Assembly: GCA_947584805.1 (NCBI GenBank)
Contig: CANPWU010000006.1
Coordinates: 1 to 50,012 of the forward strand
Direction of reading: 5' to 3'
From: an uncultured Clostridia bacterium
GTDB lineage: Bacteria > Bacillota > Clostridia > TANB77 > CAG-508
DNA length: 50,012 nucleotides
The notes under the pieces were generated by a model. That model did no database searches. It was not told the DNA's origin and worked only from the letters and a program-made list of their open reading frames with translations. Both the position numbers and the translations under genes were made by a program. Position 1 is the stretch's first letter. Each line of letters opens with the position of its first letter. Below, piece by piece: positions 10,881-21,478 of the stretch.

Positions 10881-11040
10881 AGCAAAAGAGTAATATATTT
10901 ATTTTTCAAAAGCTTCGCTGGCACAGCCTCCATTAAAAGAAAGGAGGGCTGTGCCGTTCGCCCTGCGCTTCGCTCCGGTTGGTGGCGTACGCCACTGTTC
11001 GCGGCGCAGCTTTTTTAAATAAATATATTACTCTTCTGCT
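10881..11040 (-). repeat. Structured palindromic repeat, homologous in inverted orientation to 43250-43410
   Basis: Terminal IR AGCAAAAGAGTAATATATTTATTT/AAATAAATATATTACTCTTCTGCT; internal hairpins GGCACAGCC/GGCTGTGCC and GTGGCGTACGCCAC. Confidence 0.8.
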
Positions 11041-11101
11041 TAATAAAAGGCACTTCATAAATTAATTATATTCATTATTTTATATATTTTATTATATCAG
11101 C

Positions 11102-11554
11102 TTAAATAGCTTGTTTCATTGCTCTTTCAATTTTTCTTTCAGATTCTTTCTTTGCCATATCTTGTCTTTTATCATAAAGTTTTTTACCTCTACCAATACC
11201 AAGTTCTACTTTTATAAAATTTCTCTTAAAATATAAACTCATAGGTATTAGAGAATAACCTTTTTGTTGTATTTGTCCGAACGAGTTTATTTATTTCACG
11301 TTTATTTAAAAGAAGCTTACGTGTACGTAAAGGATCTTTATTTTGAATATTACCATGTTCATAAGGACTTATGTGCATGTTATATATGTATGCTTCACCA
11401 TTTTTTATTGAAGCATAGCTATCTTTTAAATTAACTTTACCGATTTCTAATTGATTTTATTTCTGTTCCACAAAGCACAATTCCGAGCTTCAATTGTATC
11501 TAAAATTTCGTAGTTATGTTTTGCAGATGGATTTTTAGCAATTGTAACACTCAC
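11102..11554 (-). CDS. smpB: SsrA-binding protein SmpB (three CGG +1 sites at 11485, 11442, 11279); absent from the ORF track
   Basis: GAAAGGTGG RBS, GTG start; recoded 149 aa [46 protein letters not shown]...[10 protein letters not shown]...[28 protein letters not shown]...[10 protein letters not shown]...AI*. Confidence 0.93.
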
Positions 11555-11706
11555 TTTTATTCCACCTTTCTAAAAAATATTATAATACAAAATTAAAGAT
11601 ATGTAAATAAAAGAAAATATGTTTATTATTTAAAGGCTGTATTCAGCTATCAAAGATAGGCGAAAATTTTTTAAATAATAAACATATTATTTTGTATTAA
11701 CTAATT

Positions 11707-12156
11707 TTAATAATTATCTCTGTCTGTTTTTTGTGTTCCGTAATACCATACAAGTGCAATAATTGCAATACCTACGATTGCTAAAACAATCCATGTAGTT
11801 GCAGAAGCTGCACCATTTCTATTAGTTACATCAGAAGCAGTAGTTCTTGATGCTGTATAATCTCCAGCAGTTGCCCCATTGTTTGTAGTTCCTTCATCAG
11901 TACTATTATCTGTCATACCCATAGCATCATTATCTGTAGATCCAGTTGTATTTCCATCATTATTCATCATATTTTCTATTCCGTCTTTTGCATTTTCAAG
12001 AGCACCACCAGCATCATTTGCCATATTTTGAACGCCATCTCTTATACCATTTAAAGTATTAGTTGCACCTTCAGATATGTTCATAGCAAATACATTTGTT
12101 GATATTACTGCTATTAAGCAAAAAACAAAAAATGTAATTAAAGATTTTTTTGCCAT
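11707..12156 (-). CDS. Hypothetical secreted protein with low-complexity linker and C-terminal TM anchor
   Basis: Signal-peptide-like N-terminus (..NVFA), N/D/T/G-rich middle, hydrophobic C-terminal helix; GGAGG RBS. Confidence 0.7.
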   Translation of the reverse strand: MAKKSLITFFVFCLIAVISTNVFAMNISEGATNTLNGIRDGVQNMANDAGGALENAKDGIENMMNNDGNTTGSTDNDAMGMTDNSTDEGTTNNGATAGDYTASRTTASDVTNRNGAASATTWIVLAIVGIAIIALVWYYGTQKTDRDNY

Positions 12157-12304
12157 TTTTTTGTTCCTCCCTTGTAAATTTAAGAAAATTTTATATAAAC
12201 AATATTATTTTGCATAAATACAAGAGAAAATATACATACAAAAAAACACTAAAATGTAATTTTTTTCATTTTAGTGTTTTAAAGATTTTAAATTTTATAT
12301 TATT

Positions 12305-12673
12305 TTAATGTAAACGAATTAAAATTGCAATTCCTAGTAATACTAAAAGTATACCAATGACAATTAGAATTATATTTACAATTGTTGGTAAACTTAAACT
12401 TGAAGAACTAAGAGAAGCAGTAGAACCAACGTTTATAGGAGCTGTTGTTGAAGAATTGACATTAGAAACTTCAGCATTTAAATCTTGCTCATTATTTTGA
12501 GGTTCAGGAGTTTGTGCTTCATTTACTGCATCGTAATCACTTCCATAAACTGTTTGATCATTATCTACATTATCGTTTGGTAAATTTGCATCTACATCAC
12601 TTGCAAGAACGATAGTATTTGCTAAGAAAATTATTGCAAAAAAAACAAGTGAAATTTTAAAAATTTTGTTCAT
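12305..12673 (-). CDS. Hypothetical secreted protein with C-terminal TM anchor
   Basis: GGAGG RBS before ATG 12673; signal peptide ..IVLA, polar linker, hydrophobic tail; same architecture as its neighbour. Confidence 0.7.
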   Translation of the reverse strand: MNKIFKISLVFFAIIFLANTIVLASDVDANLPNDNVDNDQTVYGSDYDAVNEAQTPEPQNNEQDLNAEVSNVNSSTTAPINVGSTASLSSSSLSLPTIVNIILIVIGILLVLLGIAILIRLH

Positions 12674-12859
12674 AATAACCTCCAATTTTTAATCATAAGT
12701 AAATATATTTAATTAAAAAATTATTTTCAAAAATATTTTATAGCATTTTTAATATATTGTCAAGAAGAGTTTAGGTTTTATTTGAAAAGATAAGTTGTTT
12801 TTTATTATTTTTTGATGTATAATATCTTCTGAAACTTGTTAAATTAATTGGGGGCAAAA

Positions 12860-15688
12860 ATGAACGATAAAATAGTTATAAAAGGAGCAAAAGAACATAA
12901 TTTAAAAAATATAAATTTAGAAATTCCAAGAGACAAACTTGTTGTAATAACAGGACTTTCAGGATCTGGAAAGTCTTCTCTTGCATTTGATACACTTTAT
13001 GCAGAAGGACAAAGAAGATATGTAGAAAGTCTTTCTTCTTATGCACGTCAATTTTTAGGAATCATGGAAAAGCCAGATGTAGAACAAATTGAAGGCTTGT
13101 CTCCTGCAATTTCAATAGATCAAAAAACAACTTCTAAAAATCCACGTTCTACAGTTGGAACAGTTACAGAAATATATGATTATATTCGTTTACTTTATGC
13201 AAGAATAGGAATTGCATATTGCCCAAACTGTGGAAAGAAAATAGAAAAACAAACTTTAGACCAAATTGTAGATAATATTCTTGAACTTAGTGAAGGAACA
13301 AAAATTCAAGTACTTGCTCCAATAGTTCGTGGAAGAAAAGGAGAGTTTGTAAAGCAACTAGAAAATTATCAAAAACAAGGATTTGTACGTGTAAGAATAG
13401 ATAAAGAAATTTATGAACTTACTGATGATATATCTTTAGATAGAAAGAAAAAACATAACATTGAACTTATTGTAGATAGGTTAGTTATAAAAGAACGGAA
13501 TAAGAAATAGACTTGCAGAATCTGTAGAAGTTGCACTTAAAAATGCAGATAATTTAGTCTTAATTGATATAAACGGAAAAGAAGAAAAAATATATAGTGC
13601 AAACTATGCTTGTCCAGATTGTGGATTTAGTATAGGTGAATTGTCACCAAGAATGTTTTCATTTAATAATCCATTTGGAGCTTGCCCAACATGTACAGGT
13701 ATTGGTTTTTTAATGAGAATGGATGAAGACTTGATAATTCCAGATAAAAATAAAACTTTATATGATGGAGTAAAAGCCTTTGGATCTAGCACAATGAAAA
13801 AGGGCGAAACAATGGCTAAAATGTATTTCGAGAGCATAGGAAAGCATTATGGAGTAGATATAAAAAAGCCTATTAAAAAATTACCAAGAGAATTTTTAGA
13901 TAAAATTTTATATGGAACAGGAAACGAGGCAATTGATTTTGAATATGAATCTTCAATTGGAATAAGGAAATTTACAGCACCTTTCGAAGGAGTAATTCCA
14001 ACACTTGAAAGACGTCATAATGAAACAAAATCACAAGGAATGAGAGATTTCTATGAAATGTACATGAGTGAAAGTGATTGCCCAACTTGCGGTGGAGCAA
14101 GACTTAAAAAAGAAAGCTTATGTGTAAAAGTTGGTAACAAAAATATAAATGAGCTAACAGATATGCCAATTTGCAGTATGAAAGAATACTTAAATTCGCT
14201 AGAATTAACTGCAAAAGAGAGAATGATAGCAGATCAAATTTTTAAAGAATTAGATAAGAGATTACAATTTTTAATCGATGTTGGACTAGATTATTTAACA
14301 CTATCAAGGGCTGCTGGAACATTATCAGGAGGAGAAGCACAGAGAATTAGACTTGCAACACAAATTGGATCTAGCTTAACAGGGGTATTATATATCTTAG
14401 ACGAACCAAGTATAGGACTTCATCAAAGAGATAATGATAAATTAATTGCGACTCTTAAAAAATTAAGGGATCTTGGAAATACAGTTCTTGTCGTAGAGCA
14501 TGATGAAGATACAATGTATGCAGCAGACCAGATTATAGATATTGGACCTCGGACCTCGGAGTTCATGGAGGAAAGGTTATAGCTCAAGGAACAGCAGAAG
14601 AAGTAAAGAAAGTAGAAGGCTCAGCAACGGGAGATTACTTAAGTCGGAAGGAAAAAGATACCTGTTCCAAAGAAAAGAAGAAAATCAAATGGAAAATCAA
14701 TTGAAATAATCGGTGCAACTCAAAATAATTTAAAAGATATAAATGTAAAAATACCACTTGGTGTATTTACATGTGTCACAGGTGTATCAGGTTCTGGAAA
14801 ATCTACTTTAGTAAATGAAATATTATATAAAAATGTTGCAAGAGAAATTAATAAATCAAATGAAAAACCAGGAAAATGCAAAGAAATAAAAGGAATAGAA
14901 AATATAGATAAAATAATAAATATAGACCAATCTCCAATAGGAAGAACTCCGCGTTCGAATCCTGCAACATATACAGGAGTGTTTGATTTAATACGTGACC
15001 TTTTTGCAACAACTAACGAAGCAAAAATGAGAGGATATCAAAAGGGAAGGTTTAGTTTTAATGTACCAGGAGGAAGATGTGAAGCTTGCCAAGGAGACGG
15101 CGTTTTAAAGATAGAAATGCATTTTTTACCTGATATATATGTCCCTTGTGAAGTTTGCAAAGGAAAGAGATATAATCAAGAAACATTAGATGTTAAATAT
15201 AAAGGAAAAAGCATAGCAGATGTATTAGATATGACTGTAGAAGAAGCACTAGACTTTTTCGCAAATATGCCAAGAATAAAGCAAAAAATTCAAACGCTTT
15301 ATGATGTAGGACTTCGGTTATATAAAACTTGGACAACCTTCTACAACTTTGTCGGGAGGAGAAGCACAAAGAGTGAAACTCCGGAGCAGAACTTTCTAAA
15401 AAGGCAACTGGAAAAACTTTATATATTTTAGATGAGCCAACAACAGGTCTTCATATAGCAGATGTTCATAGATTAGTTGATATCTTACAAAGATTAGTTG
15501 ATACAGGAAACAGCATAATTGTTATAGAGCATAATTTGGATTTAATAAAAACTTGTGACTATATAATTGACCTGGGTCCTGAAGGAGGAGAAAAAGGAGG
15601 AACAGTTGTACAAGTTGGAACACCAGAACAAGTAGTAAAAAATGAAAAAAGCTATACAGGTAAATTCTTGAAAAAGTATTTAGAATAA
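12860..15688 (+). CDS. uvrA: Excinuclease ABC subunit A (six CGG +1 sites: 13496, 14550, 14557, 14645, 15315, 15382)
   Basis: GAKEHNLKN, two Walker A ([16 protein letters not shown]), two LSGGEAQR signatures, Zn fingers. Junctions give [22 protein letters not shown] and DVGL-G-YIKLGQ. Confidence 0.94.
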
Positions 15689-15703
15689 AGTTATTAAAAA
15701 AAT

Positions 15704-15739
15704 AAGAAAGGATTCTAGCTTTATGCTAAAATCCTTTTT
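15704..15739. terminator. Probable bidirectional terminator after uvrA
   Basis: AAGAAAGGATTCTAGC...GCTAAAATCCTTTTT imperfect hairpin. Confidence 0.5.
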
Positions 15740-15743
15740 AAAA

Positions 15744-15842
15744 TTAATGATTGTTATTATTGTTGTTATTGTTATTATTTTTGCTGTTATTGTTGTTATT
15801 ATTATTGTTCTTGTTATTGTTATTATTCTTTTCGTTTGACAT
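15744..15842 (-). CDS. 32-aa poly-Asn small peptide
   Basis: GGAGGTG RBS, ATG TCA AAC GAA AAG, then an AAT/AAC run, ending CAT TAA. Confidence 0.5.
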   Translation of the reverse strand: MSNEKNNNNNKNNNNNNNNSKNNNNNNNNNNH

Positions 15843-16035
15843 AGCTTAAGCACCTCCATGTGTTTTAATCTAATAGTATTATGGACAAAAATAAATTAAA
15901 TTATACAAAGAGTTTATTAATTTATTTTGTTTTAATATTTAATACATGCTATAATAACTTAAACTTAGAGAAAAAGCTTGATTTTTATATATAAAAATGA
16001 TAATATATGTATATTAAAAAAAGGATGTATGAAAT

Positions 16036-16227
16036 ATGATAAAAACTATACTTTTTATATTAGGAATTATTTTATCAACAATTGGCGTAATATTAATTTA
16101 CGATGCAAGAAGCATAACAAAGAAAGTTTTTGGTTTTGGAGACCAAAATGAAGCAACATCTGGTCTTAAAATATTAGGATTTGCTATGACAATGATAGGT
16201 GCTTTAATAATATACTATAATGTATAA
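16036..16227 (+). CDS. Small two-TM membrane protein
   Basis: 63-aa ORF with AAGGA RBS and two hydrophobic segments. Confidence 0.7.
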   Translation: MIKTILFILGIILSTIGVILIYDARSITKKVFGFGDQNEATSGLKILGFAMTMIGALIIYYNV

Positions 16228-16237
16228 AGGAAAATTT

Positions 16238-17268
16238 ATGAAATCAAAAAAATCAAAAAAAAATATAGCAAAAAAGAAGAAAAAAATAATATTAACATGT
16301 ATATCGGTAATTCTGCTAATACTAGTTGTAGTAGGACTGTCAGTACTTTCTATTCTCACTCCTCATGAATTAAATAGCACAGGATTGAATACAATATATA
16401 CAAATGAAAACAAAGAAAATGAGGTGGAAAATAGATTTATGGTGCTTGATCCAAGCGAAAATGAAGAACAACCAGAAGATCCGAAAGAGAATGATAATCA
16501 CGAAAATAATACTGCTCAGGAAAAACCTAAAGTTGTAGATAGCCCATATTATATAAAAGTAAATAATATGGCAAATGTTGTTACTGTATACAAAAAAGAT
16601 AAAAACCGGAGACTATACAGTACCTGTAAAAGCAATGATTTGCTCTATTGGAACTGCAACACCTTCATCAGGAATATATACAATTTCAGACCAATATACA
16701 TGGAGATTATTAGAACGGAAATGTCTATGGACAGTATGCTTCAAGAATTACAGGGTCAATACTTTTCCATTCAGTTCCATATCAAAAGAAAGATAAATCC
16801 ACACTTGAATGGTGGGAATATGATAAACTAGGTATAAAAGCATCCTTAGGATGCGTTAGACTTAAAGTAGAAGACGCAAAATGGATATATGATAATTGTA
16901 TTCCAGGTACAAAAGTTGAATTTTATTCATCAAAAACACCTGGACCACTTGGAAAGCCAACGGCAGAGAAAATAACTTCAGATGAGGAAGTTAGAAATTG
17001 GGATCCAACAGATCCAGACCCCAATAATCCTTGGCCAGCATATTTAAAGAATAAACAAGAAAAGCAAAATACAAAACCTAAGAACGAAACTGAAAATAAT
17101 GTATCTCAAGAGAACAGCTCAAATAACAACACTAATAAAGATACAAATACAAACACTAATGAAAATATAAGTGTAAGTTCAGATACAATTACAGATACAA
17201 GTGATAATACCAATACCAATATTGATACAGAGAATAATGCAAATACGTCACAAGATGTTATTGAATAA
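16238..17268 (+). CDS. Membrane-anchored L,D-transpeptidase (YkuD) family protein (CGG +1 sites at 16607 and 16716)
   Basis: YYIKVNNMANVVTVYKKDKN-G-DYTVPVKAMICSIG..TP...WRLLE-G-NVYGQY...ILFHSVPY...LGIKASLGCVRL (catalytic His..SxGC); N/T-rich tail. Confidence 0.85.
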
Positions 17269-17315
17269 TGATTTTTATATATAGAATTTTAAGCAGATTT
17301 AAGGAGGAATAAACA

Positions 17316-19964
17316 TTGAAAGAAGCTAAATTAGAAGAAAAATATAATCCAAAAGACTTTGAAGAAGAGATATATAAGGAATGGGAAGAAAAAGGATATT
17401 TTAAGCCAAATAATGACAAGACAAAAGAGGCATATTGTATAATGATGCCACCTCCAAATGTAACAGGAAAACTACATATGGGACATGCTTTAGATGGAAC
17501 AATGCAAGATATTCTAATTAGATATAAAAGAATGCAAGGTTTTAATACTTTATGGCTTCCTGGAACAGACCATTCAGCTATTTCTACAGAGGTTAAAATT
17601 GTAGAAAAATTAAAAAAAGAAGGAAAAGATAAACACGATATTGGAAGAGAAAAATTCTTAGAAGAAGCATGGGAATGGACAAAGGAATATGGTGGAACAA
17701 TCGTTAGACAACAAAAAAGACTAGGCTGTAGTGCAGATTGGGAACATTCAAGATTTACATTAGATGAAGGATTGTCAAAAGCTGTATTAACAGTATTTAA
17801 AAATTTGTATGACAAAGGGCTAATATACAAAGGTAAAAGAATGATAAATTGGTGCCCATGTTGTAAGACATCAATATCAGATGCAGAAGTTGAATATGAA
17901 GAAGAACAAACAAATTTATGGCATATAAGATATAAAATTGTAGGAGAAGATAGATATATTGTAGTTGCAACAACTAGACCAGAAACAATGCTTGGAGATA
18001 CAGCTGTTGCAGTAAATCCTGAAGATGATAGATATAAAGACTTGGTAGGGAAAAAATGTATTTTACCTATAATGAATAAAGAAATCCCTATAATTGCAGA
18101 TGAAAGTGTTGAAGTTGATTTTGGTACAGGATGTGTAAAAATTACACCTGCACATGATGTAAATGACTATCAAGTAGGACTAAGACATAACCTAGAAATA
18201 ATAGAAGTATTTGATGAAGAAAATAAAATGAATAATTTAGTACCAGAATATAAAGGATTAGACATAATGGAAGCACGAAAACTAATTGTTCAAAGCTTAG
18301 AAAAAACAGGAGATTTAATTAAAACAGAAAAATTAACACATAATGTTGGAAAACATGATAGATGTAAAACAATAATAGAACCAAAAATATCAGAGCAATG
18401 GTTTGTAGCTATGAAAGAATTAGCAAAACCTGCAATAGATGCAGTTAAATCTGGAAAAACAAGATTTGTACCACCAAAATTTGAGAAAACATATTTTAAT
18501 TGGCTAGAAAATATACAAGACTGGTGCATATCAAGACAAATATGGTGGGGACATCAAATACCTGTATATTATTGTGAAAAATGTGGGCATAAAAATGTAA
18601 GCATAGAAAAACCTGAACATTGTGAAAAATGTGGAGAAACAAATTTAGTTCAAGATCCAGACACTCTAGATACATGGTTTAGCTCAGCATTATGGCCTTT
18701 TTCAACATTAGGTTGGCCAGAAAAAACAGATGATTTTAAAACTTTTTATCCAACAAATACATTAGTTACTGGATATGACATTATATTTTTCTGGATTGTT
18801 AGAATGATGTTTTCTGCTATTGAACAAACAGGAGAAGTTCCATTTAAAGATGTTCTTATACATGGCATTGTAAGAGATAGTCAAGGAAGAAAAATGTCAA
18901 AATCATTAGGAAATGGAATAGACCCAATAGAAATTATAGATAAATATTCAGCAGATGCTTTGAGATTTTCATTAATTTCTGGTAACTCAATAGGTAATGA
19001 TATGAGATTTTCACCAGAAAAATTGGAAGCCGCTAAAAATTTTGCAAATAAAATATGGAATGCTTCAAAATTTGTTTTGATGAATATAGAAGATTATGAT
19101 GGCTCAGTTCAAATAGAAGGTTTAATGCCAGAAGATAAATGGATATTAACAAAATTGAATAAATTAATACAAGAGGTATGCTTAAATATAGATGAATACA
19201 ATTTGGGTGTTGCATTAGATAGTATTTATGAATTTATATGGAACGAATTTTGCGATTGGTATATAGAAATAGTAAAACCTAGATTGTATGATAAGACAAA
19301 CGATTCAAGAAAAGTCGCTCAATATGTGTTAAATAAAGTTTTAGGAGATTCATTAAAGTTATTACATCCATTTATGCCATTTATTACAGAAAAAATTTAT
19401 AGAAACTTATATAATAGTGATGAGAGCATAATGATAAGCAAATTTCCTAAATATGATGAAGAACAAGTATATACTTTAGAAGAAGATTATATTGAAGAAG
19501 TAAAAAAAGTTATCACTGAAATTAGAAATGTAAGAGCAAAAATGAATGTACACCCAGCCAAAAAGACAAAATTAATTGTTGTTACAAATTTATATGAAAA
19601 TGAAATTCAAAAATCTATTGAGTCTTTGAAAAAACTAGGATTTGCAGACACAATAATAATTCAAAAAGACAAAAAGGATATTCCACAAAATGCAATAAGC
19701 GTTCTTTCTTCTAATTTAGAAATCTTTATTCCTTTTGAAGAATTAATAGATATTAAGGAAGAAATGGAAAGAATACAGAAGGAAAAAGAAAAACTATTAA
19801 TAGAAATGGAAAAAGTGGATGGTATGTTAAATAATGAAGGCTTTATAAATAAAGCACCTGTTCAAAAGGTTCAAGAAATAAGGAATAGAAAGCAAGAACT
19901 TACAGAAAAGCTAAATAATATGGAAGAAAGAATAAGACAGATAAATGATAAACAAGCAGAATAA
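17316..19964 (+). CDS. valS: Valine--tRNA ligase
   Basis: PPPNVTGKLHMGHA, DWCISRQIWWGH, DTWFSS, KMSKS; uninterrupted. Confidence 0.97.
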   Translation: MKEAKLEEKYNPKDFEEEIYKEWEEKGYFKPNNDKTKEAYCIMMPPPNVTGKLHMGHALDGTMQDILIRYKRMQGFNTLWLPGTDHSAISTEVKIVEKLKKEGKDKHDIGREKFLEEAWEWTKEYGGTIVRQQKRLGCSADWEHSRFTLDEGLSKAVLTVFKNLYDKGLIYKGKRMINWCPCCKTSISDAEVEYEEEQTNLWHIRYKIVGEDRYIVVATTRPETMLGDTAVAVNPEDDRYKDLVGKKCILPIMNKEIPIIADESVEVDFGTGCVKITPAHDVNDYQVGLRHNLEIIEVFDEENKMNNLVPEYKGLDIMEARKLIVQSLEKTGDLIKTEKLTHNVGKHDRCKTIIEPKISEQWFVAMKELAKPAIDAVKSGKTRFVPPKFEKTYFNWLENIQDWCISRQIWWGHQIPVYYCEKCGHKNVSIEKPEHCEKCGETNLVQDPDTLDTWFSSALWPFSTLGWPEKTDDFKTFYPTNTLVTGYDIIFFWIVRMMFSAIEQTGEVPFKDVLIHGIVRDSQGRKMSKSLGNGIDPIEIIDKYSADALRFSLISGNSIGNDMRFSPEKLEAAKNFANKIWNASKFVLMNIEDYDGSVQIEGLMPEDKWILTKLNKLIQEVCLNIDEYNLGVALDSIYEFIWNEFCDWYIEIVKPRLYDKTNDSRKVAQYVLNKVLGDSLKLLHPFMPFITEKIYRNLYNSDESIMISKFPKYDEEQVYTLEEDYIEEVKKVITEIRNVRAKMNVHPAKKTKLIVVTNLYENEIQKSIESLKKLGFADTIIIQKDKKDIPQNAISVLSSNLEIFIPFEELIDIKEEMERIQKEKEKLLIEMEKVDGMLNNEGFINKAPVQKVQEIRNRKQELTEKLNNMEERIRQINDKQAE

Positions 19965-20002
19965 ATTAAGCAAAATAGGGAATAATTACTATTGGAGGAA
20001 AA

Positions 20003-20851
20003 ATGGCACTTTTAATTGAAATTATAGAGTTTGTAATATACTCATTAGTAATTGTATATATATCAAAGAAAATTCTTGTAAAGCTTTTAAGGAAACTTGC
20101 AGAAATTTTGGATTTAAGTCCAAAAGCTGTTGGAAATATTGCGGGAGCTGCGACATCTATGCCGGAGCTCCTTACTGTATTTTTTTCATCTATTCAAGGG
20201 CTATTAAGTACAAGTATATATAATATATTAAGTTCAAATATTATAAATTTTGTACAATATATATATTCTGTAATAAAAAATAAAAATCAAAAAGTATTTC
20301 AAAACAGAGCATTAAAAATTGAAATTGGAATGGTAATTTTTACAATACTAATACCAGTATTTTTAACGATGTTTAAAATAGAGGAAAATCTATCAATTGT
20401 ACCAATATTCATCTTATTATTTATATTGTTTTACTATATAAAAGGAAATGCATATAAAGTATATAAAATATCAGAATTAAGCGAAAAAGAAATAGCTAAA
20501 ATTAAAGAGGAAAAAAGATGGATTAAAAATAGAAAAAAAGCAATAGTGACTGCTTTTGAACTTCTTGGAGTAGGAGTAATATTATTTGTTCTTGGAAATT
20601 TACTTGGAAATACACTTGAAACTTTAAGTAAAACATTTAATATACCACAATTTTTAATTGGTATAATACTTGGGTTTATAACAAGCATACCAGAGCTTAT
20701 TACATTTATAGAGTCGCAGAGGCATCATAGCAATAATTCAAATGATGTTCAAGGAGTAATAGAGGCAACAAGTAATCTTTTTGCTTCTAATACATTAAAT
20801 TTATTTATAATTGAGTCAATTGGAATTATAATATATTATATTATTTTTTAA
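20003..20851 (+). CDS. Na+/Ca2+ exchanger-like membrane protein
   Basis: Two alpha-repeat-like motifs, GAATSMPEL and GFITSIPEL; multiple TM helices. Confidence 0.75.
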   Translation: MALLIEIIEFVIYSLVIVYISKKILVKLLRKLAEILDLSPKAVGNIAGAATSMPELLTVFFSSIQGLLSTSIYNILSSNIINFVQYIYSVIKNKNQKVFQNRALKIEIGMVIFTILIPVFLTMFKIEENLSIVPIFILLFILFYYIKGNAYKVYKISELSEKEIAKIKEEKRWIKNRKKAIVTAFELLGVGVILFVLGNLLGNTLETLSKTFNIPQFLIGIILGFITSIPELITFIESQRHHSNNSNDVQGVIEATSNLFASNTLNLFIIESIGIIIYYIIF

Positions 20852-20891
20852 TAAAAGAACTATATTTTCTTACGGAAATTTGAAAAAAGCC

Positions 20892-20971
20892 TTGACAAAG
20901 CTGAAAAAACGTTGTAAAATATTAACAACACAAATATGAGACTAGAAGAGTGGAAGCAAATTCCACTCTTT
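20892..20971 (+). promoter_or_regulatory. Promoter and leader hairpin of the rimP-nusA-infB operon
   Basis: TTGACA-17-TAAAAT (20892-20920), then the AAGAGTGGAA-GCAAA-TTCCACTCTT hairpin typical of rimP leaders. Confidence 0.7.
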
Positions 20972-21002
20972 ATGCATATTTAGAAAGGAAGAACAAAAAT
21001 AA

Positions 21003-21458
21003 ATGGCTAACATTGAAGAGAAAGTTCAAACTATTGTAGAGCCTATAATAGAAGAACTTGGATATTCACTTTATGATGTAGAATATGCAAAAGAAGGGAA
21101 AGACTATTTTTTAAGGATCTTTATAGATAATGAAACAGGAATAAGCCTTAATGATTGCGAAAAAGTAACAAATGCAATAAATGATGTACTAGATAACGAG
21201 GATTATATAAAAGATGGCTATTTTTTAGAAGTTTCATCTCCTGGAATAGAAAGAATTATTAGAAAAGAAAAACATTTAGAACAAAACATAGGAAACGAGG
21301 TAGAAATAAAATTATTTAGACCTATTGATAAGCAAAAGAATTTAAGCGGAACACTTTTAAGATATGATAAAGAAAGCATATATTTAAATGTTAATTCAGA
21401 AGAAAAGAAAATAGAGAAACAAAATATAGCACAAATAAAAACAAAATATAATTGGTAA
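21003..21458 (+). CDS. rimP: Ribosome maturation factor RimP
   Basis: LRIFIDNETGISLNDCEKV and YFLEVSSPGIER; operon context. Confidence 0.95.
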   Translation: MANIEEKVQTIVEPIIEELGYSLYDVEYAKEGKDYFLRIFIDNETGISLNDCEKVTNAINDVLDNEDYIKDGYFLEVSSPGIERIIRKEKHLEQNIGNEVEIKLFRPIDKQKNLSGTLLRYDKESIYLNVNSEEKKIEKQNIAQIKTKYNW

Positions 21459-21478
21459 GGAAAGGAAATGATAAAAAA

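Noticed and set aside
15744-15842. AAC/AAT-rich tract as a DGR template repeat or CRISPR array
   Set aside because: It does not align to the VR-like region at 60-250 and has no repeat-spacer structure; no cas or RT gene is in the window.
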